A stretch of DNA of 64,000 bases from Dicyema japonicum (GCA_011109175.1 RDEW01000050.1:212694-276693), one strand, 5' to 3'. Positions 49,795-61,909 are shown, counted from the first letter of the stretch. A program made the numbers and translations. The notes: a model not told the origin generated them from the sequence alone.

Positions 49795-51244
49795 ATGATG
49801 CGTCTTCTCTCTCGCTCTGTTTCTGATTAGTGATTATTCTAAGTTTGCTGACTATTTTCTGAGGGATTGTGCTCGAAGTCTCAACACCATGCTCACAACT
49901 CACAATAGGCCTTATCATTTCTTGTAATCATTACTATGTGAGATTAGATTTACTTCATTACGTTCAATTGGAGGATCACCGATAAGACTTAGTTTACTGA
50001 TTTTTGTCATTTAGACATGGTTGTGGTCAAGACTCCCAACTTTGCTGAATCGATCAGTGTGGGTGACTTGAGGTGGGAGAAAAGTAGTCTTTTATCTTAT
50101 TTAAGGCGTCGGAGATCTCGTCAATGCTGGGGATCTTATTGGTGAAATAGAAACCGACAAAGTTATTGTTTAGTTAGATTTAAGGCTTCGCTTTCCGTGA
50201 ACGCTTCCGTCGCTGGAAAAATTACGGAATTTTTAGTTCCCGATGGCTCACAGGTTACTCCCGGAGTCGAACTGGCCAAAATAGACACTTCAGGTTCGAG
50301 TTTGCTTATTGCCATAGTTTCCCCACCAGAAAAGTTAAGTTCTCCCCAGGTCCAATCGGCAGTACCTCAGTCACCCCCAACGTCCACCCCCTCACAACCA
50401 GAGACACAAAAAGCTCCATCTTTGACTGTATCTCCCCCAAAGATAAGTTTCGTCGAATCGGGAGTCTCAGGGGGTGGGGAGAGTCGGGTTCATATTGGTG
50501 AATGAAATTGTAGGTAAAATTAACGAGAATGCGGAAACGAATAGGTGAGAGACTAAAAGGAGCCCAGAATACATATGCAATGCTGACGACATTCAACGAA
50601 GTGGACATGACTAATGTGATTGCCACACGGAAGCGATACCTTGAAATGGCACAGAAGGACACGAACGTTCGTCTTGGATTCCTTTCGGCTTTTGTAGTTG
50701 CCTCGGCCCATGCTCTGAAGCAAATGCCCGTTGTTAATGCGACAATTGTGGGAGATGACATTATTTACCGTGACTATGTGGACATTTCGATCGCCGTTTC
50801 CTCTCCAAAGGTAAATTTGGGATGAATTGTTAGGGACTTGTGGTTCCTGTTGTTAGAGACGTTGTGGGACTTAACTACATCGAGGTTGAACGGAAAATAG
50901 CGGATTTGTCAGCAAAGGCTCGTGATGGATCTCTGTCAGTTGAGGAAATGGACGGAGGGACCTTCACGATTAGCAATGGTGGGGTTTTCGGATCTCTGAT
51001 GTCGACTCCAATTCTGAATCCCCCACAATCGGCCATTTTAGGTCTGCATGCGATTAAGGACAGGCCTGTAGCTATTAATGGAAAAGTTACCCCATATGAT
51101 ATGTGGTAGGTTGAAATTCGGCCGATGATGTACTTGGCACTGACCTATGATCATCGACTCATCGATGGAAGGGAATCAGTGACTTTTCTAAAGTCGATTA
51201 AAGATGCGGTTGAAGACCCTGTTAGAATGCTTGTTGGGCTTTAA
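49795..51244 (+). CDS. DLST: Dihydrolipoyllysine succinyltransferase (2-oxoglutarate dehydrogenase E2), 10 exons
   Basis: PNFAESIS, lipoyl [66 protein letters not shown]; nine 22-26 nt introns; intact frame. Confidence 0.98.
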
Positions 51245-51299
51245 ATAATAACTCTTCTAATGTGTTAACAATTTTGATTTCTGTTTATTGTTAGGAATA

Positions 51300-51590
51300 G
51301 TTCTCGCTCACTGTTCAAACATTTCCATGGCATTATTCAACTTTTATAGAAACCGATGCTTTATACGCACTCTATTGCCTGGTTTTAGATAGTGATATCC
51401 ATTATCGGTCAGTAATCATGTAGTGCTTCCCCCAAAGATAAATAATGGTCATAAAGCTTATCTTGAATTATAAGGTGATTTTATACTCGGATGATATTGC
51501 CTTAGTCCAATGAATCGGATCCCAGTTGCGAATATAAACACAACCATGAGTACTCCTAAGGCAGGACAACCATAATCCATGTTTGACGAT
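51300..51590 (-). CDS. Possible small unidentified gene
   Basis: ATG plus a hydrophobic stretch and a 25-nt GT-AG segment; frame ambiguous. Confidence 0.2.
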
Positions 51591-51713
51591 CAACCATGTT
51601 AATTTTTATTAATTTTATTAGAAATTTTTGACACAAATTCTTTAAATAAATTGAATTTAAGCATAAAAAATTTATAATTAGATAATATTTACATTTATGT
51701 TCAACGATTGTGA

Positions 51714-52460
51714 TGTCTGAAGACGAACTACCTCTTGTTCGAGTCCGCCTTCGAGTTTTCCGCTACACCAGATACACGGATCTCTGAGAGCGTACGCTTT
51801 TGGTAGTTACTTTCCTGCTAGTTTACTTCACTTGAAGGGAGCGGAGGTAAATAAAAAATAAAGATGATGTCCTCGCTAATATTTTTTCAAATCTGTCAGA
51901 CTCGATAAGGGAGATAGTAGGAGATATTTGTTTAAAGACCGGACCATGAAGTGGAAGAAAATTTCTCACCGAATTCTTATAGCGTTAAGTTCAATTTCTA
52001 AGGCAATTGAAAATACAAAGTCATGAAATTCTTTTTTCATTAATCGAGACTTGGGAATTGAAAAGGACAGTATTTTGAAATCGTTAGAAAAGAAAGAATT
52101 CTATGGAAAAGTGGAATTGTTTCGCGATGACAATCTATTGAGTGCCTCAAGGTCATAACTGAACGACATCAATTTGTGTTCCTTCAAGAATATTCTTAAA
52201 TCTTAACTTCTTGCTCTCCTTCTTAGTAATCAGGAGACATCCGTAACCAAAAGTTTTGAAATGAATAATAATTGGACACACGTTTGGTCAAATCACACTT
52301 TGGAGAAACTTGGATAGAACCGTAAGTCTTGGGGAGACATAGGAGAATCATTAATTCTCGAATGTTCTTAATAATCTCTTGGTACGGTATATCGTAAATG
52401 AGTTCCACAAAGAAGGAAACAATCCTTAGTACGCCAACTAAAGCAACCATAAAAGCGTGT
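51714..52460 (+). CDS. Possible unidentified gene or pseudogene
   Basis: ATG MSEDELPLVRV, protein-like frames (MKFFFINRDLGIEKDSILKSLEKKEFYGKVELF) and short GT-AG segments; no clean frame found. Confidence 0.3.
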
Positions 52461-52463
52461 CTC

Positions 52464-53686
52464 TTAGTGAGACCAATTTTGCATGAGATCGATGACAAGG
52501 AATTGACGTATCCTTAGATAAGGAGGAAGCAAAGCCACATGATTGTAAGGGGGTAAGATTAGTTGAGTTTTATCTACCAATATAAGTAAAAGACAGGATA
52601 GTGAAATAAAATAAAACAAAGTAATCAATAACGAAAAAAGTTGGGATAATAAGCTGAGTCACTTTGAATCATAAACCCCCTCATATATGCCATTAAATAG
52701 CTCGCACTAAATAATATGCCTTCTTTTAGTGATTCAATATTCTTCTGAATGGGAAGTCTCTCGGAGGCCAAATACACTGCAAGTTACCAGGGACATTACA
52801 AAAGTTATTCATACTAGTAGTTTGATTTGAGGAAACTGAAAATTGAAGCCCATCAGCACTTTGATTTGGTCATACACGACAAGACAGGAATTTTTGAACC
52901 CATGATCTAACTGAGAGGGGGAGTATATCCCGAAATAGTGCTGTAGTGTCTAAAATAACCATAAACCTTACATTTAAGAACGAATCATTGCCTACGACGA
53001 AAAAATGGTAAAAGAAATCAAGGACGACGAGTTCCAAACACTTCTCAAGTGGAGTGAGATCTACAAATATAAAACAAATTTACGTGAAAAAAGTTAAAGA
53101 GATAGCCATATTCCCTGTTTAAGGCAAAGTTTAATATTTCAATGAGACTGACTTTCTTGTTGGAATCGTATATTAGCTTGTGGAAGACATCCCCGTCGAA
53201 GATGTTGAAATCTGAGAATATATAGAAAAATAACTTAGTTTTTCATTTTGATTGTAAATATTGCGGATTTCAAAGTTAGCGTGGTTGGGGTAAATAACGG
53301 GGGCTATGTAGGGTTTAACGTTTATTTCTTCGGATACACTTTCCTGTAATTTTTTCTCCCTGTAGTTGAAGTCATTCCTGCCTCCTCTTCTCCTATTTTC
53401 ACGGACGACTACATTTAGAGATGAAAGATAAACGATTGGTCTTCATTCCGCAAGAAAGACACTTTTTTAGACGACAGGCAGCACACTTTCGTCTCCCCTC
53501 CAACTCGACTGTACAGTTTGAGTCATTCTGACAGTAAAAAACTTTTTTGTTTTGAATCGATCTTTTAAAAAACCCTAAATTACTTTGATTTGCGTTACCT
53601 TTACAGCTCTCACAAGTTCTGATGCTGTAGTGATACCCTGAGGCCACATCTGAACAAATGAGACAGCGATTAGAAGAAATAGCCAT
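52464..53686 (-). CDS. Nuclear receptor of the NR5 group (FTZ-F1/HR39-like)
   Basis: DBD CLICSDVASGYHY..CESCK|GFFKRSIQNK with P-box CESCKG; FTZ-F1-box-like VRENRRRGGRN; LBD remnants ELVVLDFFY, AYYP and AF-2-like FLVIDLMQ. Single-base frameshifts in the LBD part. Confidence 0.88.
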
Positions 53687-54259
53687 TAATATAAGTTCAT
53701 AGCGCTCAATTTAGCTTTAAATAACTTTCTGTACATCGCTTCGACCACCGTCATCACTTTAATCTCCGATCTGTCAAATTCTCATTTTGATCGTACAATC
53801 CCATTGAATAATTTCTTGTAAACCGCACTTTGAGGAATGTTTCCTCAAGTTACAATTAATTTAGAATAAAAATAATCTGATGGAATAATTTTACTTTGAC
53901 GTGTGACCTTGAATATGATATTATTTAGTAAAAATTGATAATATGTATTTACCACCTGTCGTACCTGGTTTTGAAGAAGTCAAGCGATTTCTTCTTTAAG
54001 GTCCGGCTTTGTTATTAAGACGATTTAAAATATGTAAAGAAGTCGGTTAATCTAATTAAAGGCGCATATCAATTGAACGAACACTTCAAGGTTACCCTTA
54101 ACTTATCAAAGACAAATATTAATTTTTAAGGTCAAAATTTTTGTGATTTGTATACATGTGGTTTCACATGACAGCTGATTTTACTCATTTTATATCCCAA
54201 AATATTAATTATATTAATTTCACATTTATGAAATAGTTTTTATTTATATTAAAATAAAG

Positions 54260-54660
54260 AAACAATCAACTGAGGATCATCGGATAGAACCGCGTGTTTT
54301 GCTCGTTTTGACCTCTCGGCCTTCTCAACGCCAGAACAGGCTCCAGAGGCATTCCGATGTATGTTGCAACGGGAGAATGTGTCGATGCAGGTGACGTCTC
54401 AGACAAAAGGTTTCCTGTCCTCAAAGGGGAAGATGGTCATTCCATCAGCGACAGCGTCCAAATTCTGTCTATGGACTTCGTTCAAGGCCATGTGTCAGAA
54501 AGATCTGTCCACACTCTTCCAGCAGAAAAAAACTTCACTATCGAGAGACCCCCTAGCAACAAACAAGAACGGAGGTGTTGGTTAGACGTTCCTGGTAGAT
54601 TTTCAAATGATTTCCGGCATAGTCCAGACCCCGTTGAGGTTCAAGGAAGGTTACCTTTTA
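54260..54660 (-). mobile_element. CRE-like 3' fragment
   Basis: Reverse strand RRADGMTIFPFEDRKPFV*DVTCIDTF. Confidence 0.75.
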
Positions 54661-55171
54661 AATTATGCAGTAGAATATTGGACTATGAATGTGCTGTTTG
54701 ACGAGTATCTCAATTAAGACATCGGCAAAAAAGAATTTGTTGAATCGACATCTTTAGGGATCACAAAGTCTGAACAGCCCACTTTAAGGTGCGATCACGA
54801 GGCGTGACTCTAAATTCATGCTCTATAGTTGGAGCTATCAACTTTCTATACAAGATAGTAAATTTTAAATAAAAATGCATTTTTTATATTTTTCTACCTA
54901 GTTTATGTTAAATGATTGCTATCTACTATTTAGTGAAATTGTGGTTACCGGCTTTTAAATCGATATCTGTAGATGTGGATATTTCATTGCTAACTTTATT
55001 TTCTGAGTCGTGTCACGATTGCATTCACAATTACATTGATGACTTCACGTTGATTGACTGTGGAGGTCCATACTAACTATCATTTATTTTTATGATTAGC
55101 TGTCACATCCACATGGTAGATGACCTTGAAGATCTTTATAAGTGAATTACCCTCATTATATGAAATTATTA

Positions 55172-55760
55172 TTATTCCCCCCCAGGATCACTGGGTTAAA
55201 GAGAAAGAAATAAAAGTTCTCATCTAAGTGATCTCAGACCGACAATGGAGAGGACAAGTCCGGCGGGGTCGAAAATCCTGAACAGCTCTCTCATTGGACA
55301 TGGCATCGGCTCAAAATTTCTGTATGATTGTAGATATTTCGATAGTGTATGGAATAGAGGGCAGTTCGGTAAACTAGCCTCCTTTAAGAGTTTCCGTTGT
55401 AATTCGATTAAGAAATTTTCAATGGGATGGATTTTGTGTTCTGGTCCAATTAGCCTTATTGTAGTCTCCTCGATTCTGGATAGTTTCAATGAGAAGGATC
55501 GTGAAATCTGCATTGCCCATGAAGTACTTGCATACGTCATCGTTGGTCGGATAAATTGTTCATAAATCGTGGCAATGCCACCAGTTTGGTCTCTAAGTGT
55601 CTTTGAGAGCACTTTTGAAATTCCCATTTTCTTCAGAGCAGAAGTTACTTTGTTTTCAACATGTCGGATAAAGGTGAGTCGCTGATCAAAGTTATTCCCA
55701 GAATCTTCGGTGTTTTGTTAATAGGAATAGCTTCGTTCTTCATAAATATTTTTGGTTCGA
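55172..55760 (-). mobile_element. Vingi-like LINE 3' fragment
   Basis: YEQFIRPTMTYASTSW and family tail. Confidence 0.8.
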
Positions 55761-56312
55761 TACAGAGCTGTGTTTAATAAATGAAATACCCTCATATATG
55801 AAATGAATAATCAACAGAATTACAACTCTAATTATGTGAGTCTAACAATATACAAAATTCATACAATTATAGGGTTTTTAGTTCCAAACCGTTAGAACAC
55901 CTCAAGGCGACCATAAAAATGAATGTGACTTATGTAACTGTTGGAAACCCAAAGTTGAAAGAATTTATGCTTCCCAATAAAGTGAACTAGTATTCGTGAG
56001 GCATACAATGAATGAAAATGTGCACTAAACCAACCTCCCTCAGGAGTATATAGGTTACAACCAGTAATTGATCTTATATTTTGAATCCTTTAAAGTTTTT
56101 TGTAGATTGAATAGAAAACAAACTGGATCAGCTGAGATTAGCATAGTTCAGAGTAATTTTGAGGAACTGTCTGAATATAAGTTTTTGTCCAAATTTGACT
56201 CCAGAAACAGCACGGAGAGCGTTAAGTTTTTGTATAGCCTTCAGGAAGATATGGTCCACGTGGGATTAGAATAAAATAGGTTAATTATATATAATCCAAA
56301 GTAATGTTTAAT

Positions 56313-56560
56313 TTATTAACCCCAAAACAAACAAGAGAAAGGATAATCGTCTATATTAAGTGATCTCGTGTCCATACCAAGCTTTCTCCTGGGGGTTGGT
56401 TTTGGAATCATGGATTAATCCTCACAAATGAGAAGGATTCTTCTTGTATATTTAGCAGACTTTCGGATATAATCTGACGTACTGTCCGAGGGGATGTTCA
56501 TGGGACTTGACTATTTTGAAGAAGTCTAGCTGGTTCCATAAGGTATTCCGTTATTGATGC
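56313..56560 (-). mobile_element. Vingi-like LINE 3' fragment
   Basis: Tail and body similar to 30005-30260. Confidence 0.7.
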
Positions 56561-56639
56561 GACGTTTAGCGTTTTCCGTAGTAAACATCGTTTTATTTAT
56601 ATTTAATTTTTAAAGTCTATGATTTCTTGTATATTATAT

Positions 56640-57480
56640 TTTTATTTATTTAAAAAATTCAAAGATCACCAAGAAGAAGGTGTCAAAGCCAACTAAGTGA
56701 TCCCAGCTTCGAATAACTCCCGACTCTCCTTGAGTAGTTCGCCAGCGTTCATACTGTTTTCAAGAAATGACTCCTCGAATTTCTACAGAACTCGTTCTGG
56801 GAATATTTTTTAAAACTGATCGGCATTCCTCCGCACTTTTCTCTACTTGGGATTCCTGGTTCCTTGCAGAAACGAAGGAAACCTCTGCCATTATTTCTGG
56901 TCGACTCCTCTGAAAGTTTCATGTGTGGGAAGAAATCTATTGTTTTCCTCCGGAGTGAGTTGATGTGTTCAATTTCCGAAAAAAAAAGACAAATCTCCAA
57001 GTGGAACAAGCGTATTCGATTTTCGGAGCACTTATTTAATGATAAAATCTACTTTACTGGAGAGAGGATCTTTTTTACAATATCCTTTAAAACATTCCAC
57101 TTTCAAATCCCCCTGAGAGAGTGGCAATAATACGATCGTCTGGTATCATGAATTAAATAGAATGGGAGACAGATCCATGTAGCACTTATTAGGAAGTAAG
57201 TGTGATCTTGAATTTGTTCCATTAACGTCTTCCGACTCAAAATATAATTTTACAGCCATATTTGTTCAGATGTATATTTGACATGAAGATCTTCTTAGTC
57301 AAGATCGGCCTCGAAACATGTCAAGGGCCTTTTGTTGTCGATTGATACTAAAGCTTCCATATGTATTCTCTCATTGAAGCTAAAAATTGGAAACACATCT
57401 CAAGTGAGTCGTGGCAGATTGCCCTCCAGTAAAGCTATGCTGAAACGCAAACATTGGCAGAGTAGGGAAAATTAGACTTT
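56640..57480 (-). mobile_element. Vingi-like LINE fragment(s)
   Basis: ORF ends AGIT-TAG with the family tail; ALVSIDNKKALD RT remnant near 57340. Confidence 0.65.
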
Positions 57481-57503
57481 CCAGCACTTTTGATGGTGTA
57501 AGT

Positions 57504-57740
57504 CAGGGGTCAGCAACCGTGGAGAGTCATTGTGACTCTGAGTTTTTTTTATGTGGCTCTTTTATTTATCGGAAATGATTACTTGCATCTACAATAAAAA
57601 ACATTTTCAAAATAGTTTTTTTTCGAAAATATTTTTTATGTATATTTTAGACTAAATATGATAATTAGATGCTATTTTATATTGAATTGTTATTTTTATT
57701 TAAAATTTTTACATAATTTGCATATTTTAATTTAAGGCTA
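57504..57740 (+). mobile_element. Left end of a hAT/Charlie-like MITE
   Basis: CAGGGGTCAGCAACC terminus followed by an AT-rich body; no right TIR or TSD found. Confidence 0.35.
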
Positions 57741-57759
57741 CGATTTAGTTGATCATTCT

Positions 57760-58760
57760 TACCTTGTCGAGTGCCCACACGGTCTGTGTATGCCTGTAAT
57801 AGGCACCGGATAAGCGAGGTAAAACTCAAGAGAGGGATTCTTCAGGGAGATAGCATGTCTCAGCTGCTCTTTGTTCTTGTTTGGAGCCATTGAGTCGCCG
57901 CCTCAATGACCTGTTTGAGCAAATACCAGTTCATTGTGAAGGGGATTTGTTTCAGTACAAATCACCTTCTTTTTCTTATCGATGACTTGAGACAGGTATA
58001 GGACTAGATTTGAATTATTCAAAGTCTGCGACTAACACGCAAGTATGTAGCGAGTTAGTAAAAGTCCTAGAGGAACACAAGGATATAAGTATCTGGGTGT
58101 TACCGAACTCCAAAGACCCTTATAATGCCTGAGACAAAGCGACAAATTACTGAAGACATTGTAAAAGAGCATGTTAATATGTAAGACGTCTCTAAATGCA
58201 AGGAATTTGTTCCTAGTATGCTGTCTCGCTGCTAATCTACTAAATAGGTGTTGTGGAGTTTGAGCCCAAAGAGTATGATGAGATGGATGTTATGATCCTT
58301 GGAGTACTCAGAGAGAACAATGTCCATGTGCTGGCAGCCAATAAGGAGAGACTATATTTACCCCGTGATAAATTCGCCGTGGAATGTGTGGAGTAGTCCA
58401 ACTAAGTGAGCGTATCCTAATGCGAATGCACGACACCCTGATAGCTGGGTCAAGTGTGTCTGCTAGGAAGCACGCCATAATAACGACCGAGAAAACAGGG
58501 GCAACCCACTTAGGCACTATCAGACCTTTTTTGTCTGCTAAGTATGGTGTTGATGATGGTGGGCTAGTAAATGTGAAGGCGTTGATCGAACTACAATATA
58601 ATAATTTGATGGAAAAGATCAACTTAAAAAGCCTTCATAAGGTCTTCTTCATAGCATTGGACAACCCACATATAGCGTCGACAATAATATGGCTAAAATA
58701 CGGTGACAACTCACTTTGATCGGATGTGCTGTATTTAGCTCAATCTGTTCTAAGCGATAA
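57760..58760 (+). mobile_element. R4/Dong-like retrotransposon fragment
   Basis: RGILQGDSMSQLLFV, NHLLF..DDL and YKYLGV, frameshifted. Confidence 0.75.
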
Positions 58761-58839
58761 ATATCATTGACTCAGTTTAACTAAATAAATTTAGCATAAA
58801 TCTGTGAAATAAAGTTATTTGTTTTGATAAGGTCTCCAT

Positions 58840-61452
58840 TGTGGGAAAAGTATATAAACGTGGCGTCATGCAGTTCACCTGTTGTTGTGGTGGCGCTCAG
58901 TGCAAGTTCTGCATGGAAGAGAACCGTTCGACTTTCCCTACCTTTCTGCGATCTTCAGAAGAGTGGCTTACCAACTTTCCCGTTTTCTCTCTACTACTTC
59001 TGTCTGGTGATGTAGAACCTAATCCGGGACTCAACTGCACGTTGAGTATTCTACAACTAAATGTAAATGGAATCCGCAATAAAGTATTGGAATTACGATC
59101 TCTCTTATCCCATTTGAGAGTGGACTTTGCCCTCATCCAAGAATAGAAGCTCTCTATAAAGTCCCCAACACCTTGTTTTCCTGGATATTGTGTCGCAGGG
59201 ACCGAACAAGAAGTCCCGGAGAAGGATTATTGACTATCGCTAAGGATGGACTTAAATTCACGGATGTCACCCCTTCTGTACCTTTTCTCTGCGAAGGAGA
59301 TCTTATTCTGGAACAGATTTCTATTGAAGTTCCCTTTTCTTTGACGAGATGTTTTACACTATGTAATGTATACATCCCGCCTCAGGTGTCATGTACTACT
59401 TCCTACATCCCCAATCTATTGAGCCTGTGTGGACTAAAGGACCTGTGTGGACTAAAATTACTTGAAAGCCGACTGGCAAGGTTTCAGGAAGTATGTGGAC
59501 AATAGTCTCCTTGACCTTACTATGGTTAATTGCACAGTAGAAGAGACGGCCAAGATTCTGTCCGCTATCATTCTGAAAGCTGATAAATTATTTATACCCG
59601 TCACCTTTTACAAGAAGTTCAATCCAAGATTATCATCACAAATTGTGTCACTCATCAAGAAAAGAGATGCGCTGAAGAGGAATTGAACGCTGACTAATAA
59701 CTCTTCTACTCCATACGTTCACTGAATACCAAATTATCTGAGCTTATCCAAACTAACAACAGACTCAAAACGGAGCGCCTAGTTGGACAACTATGTCATA
59801 AAAACTCTTGTGCCACATTTTGGAAAACGCTAAGAAGGATCAATAGCCTTATCAATGAGGACCGCGGAACTGAGGCCGTTACCCGCAACGCTTCGGAACC
59901 CGCACGCAAACTCGCAAACAAGATTATGAAGTACTACGTATCGATCAGCCATAAATTTTTTCTCGTTCTACACTTGTTGAACGTCGCGGCCACAACAAGA
60001 ACCATACTCCACCTTCTTCACCTCCGATGATGTTGACAAGGTTATTAAATTGCTACGTCCCACTCGTGCTTGTGGTCCCGACGGTATTTGCACTATTCAC
60101 CTCAAACATCTTGGACCTCAGGCACGGGCCATACTATCAAGATTGTACAACGACTCTATCAACTACCATTCGCTACCTAATATGTTGTAAAACTCTCTGA
60201 TTACGCCAATTCTAAAGCACAGAAAACCAAAAGACGTTCCTCTTCTTACCGCGCCATCTCAATAACTTGTGTTTTATCAAAAGTACTGGAAAAGCTTGTG
60301 TTAATGCGCATCTCTCCTGTTCTACATTCACCAGAGTTTCAACATGGTTTCAGGGCAGACCGTTCTACAACGACTCATTTGGGTTCTATCTCCCAGTTTA
60401 TTACTGACGGCTTCTACGTGAGAACACACTTACGGACGGCCTTAGTATCCATCGACATACAGAAGGCCTTTGATTCTGTTCTGTTATAACTCCTAACGCA
60501 AAAGATTTTTAACTCGAACTTAAACCCAAACATCAAGCTATGGCTAGAAAACTTCTTAACTGGACGACGCGGAAGAGTCCGGATTGACAAAACCACTTCA
60601 AAATCAAGATTACTCCCCAATGGGTCCCGCAAGGCTCCCTTTATCACCTCTCCTTTTCAACCTATTTCTACATTACCTACCTAATACCTATGACCAGAAC
60701 ACTATGTTTTTATCCTATGCGGACGACCTAATTATCGCTGCAAAAAATAAATCTCCTTCCATAGCTGTAGCAGCTGTTCAGCCACACCTAAACCGAATTT
60801 TTGACTGGCTATCTGCATATATGTTATGTGTGTCAGCATCCAAGTCTCAGTTCACATTACTTACTACAGACAGAAGGTTTAAAAGTGGGCTTGAGTTATC
60901 CATCTGAAACACTCCCATTCTTTCTACGCGGACCCAGAAGATCCTTGGTGTATCATTCGACTCTTTTTTGCCGTTCTCGAGTCACGTAGAAAAGCTACTC
61001 GCCAAGGGTCTTCGAAAATGGAACATTCTGAATGCGATGATAAAAAAGAGCCCATTCCCCCCGGCTGCTTGCGTCAGCAAGGTCTATCAACAAGTAATCA
61101 TACTTACCATTGAATATACCTTCTCCACCTGGAGGTTTGCGATTCCCCTTTTTAGAGTGGACCGTTTGAACTCCCTCATGCAGAGAATTATCCACCACAC
61201 GGACATCCCCATTGGCGACCTCGTTTCTGATGAGGCAACGTTGAAAAATGGCCAGGAATTTTGGTCGGTAATAAAAAAGTGCACGCCGATTGAATTCTTT
61301 TGCAGAAGGAAGAGAAGATGCTTCCGAGTGCGGTTGGATCATCGGAAGATCAAATGAAGAGAGTTCGGATGTTGCTGGAAGCTGGGATCACCTAATTAGT
61401 TAGTTTTGACCTATCTTTCCTGGTTGTCTTGGGGTTAAATAAATAAAATAAA
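58840..61452 (+). mobile_element. Near full-length Ingi/Vingi-like LINE, degenerate
   Basis: SGDVEPNPG, ILQLNVNGIRNK, RRDR..GEGLLT, NVYIPP, ACGPDGI, FQHGFR, SIDIQKAFDSV, LSYADD, AGIT-TAA and tail. Confidence 0.92.
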
Positions 61453-61909
61453 TTATGGCCTGGGCTGCAGGCATTGACCATGCAATGGTAGTTATTTCTC
61501 ATGGTGCGAGTCCAATATTCTAACGTGCCATTCTAGACTCACTTTTCCGCAGTCCTGCAAACCACCTCCTTTTTGCGTCCCATCAAAAGGAGGGACAGCC
61601 GAGAAGAGGGATGACTAATTGAGTGCATTTCCATATAGATCTTAAGAGAGAATGCACCCTCAATTAGTTAGCTAAGTAACCCCGTCCTCACTAACTTAGT
61701 AGGACGATGAATCTGGTGATACTAATAAATTGGGAGAGATTGATTAAATATATTTAATGAATATAAAAGTTATTAATGAGGCAGATGATCATAAACATGA
61801 GGGGAATACTCTGAATTTAGAAGGGATTTGTGAATCTAGTGAATCTTACATGAGGGACCATTGCCGAACTACTAGTAAACATAATGAAGAAGATTTTTTT
61901 ACTTATTCC

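Noticed and set aside
52223-52498. ORF as TM7 of a class C GPCR (LLCLPKTY)
   Set aside because: Upstream segments are better explained as NR5 LBD exons ending at 52464, and the opposite strand has more gene-like frames.
54310-54330. U2 snRNA (ctctcggcctt), and U1-like acttacct near 2610
   Set aside because: Matches of only 9-11 nt with none of the remaining snRNA sequence or an Sm site.
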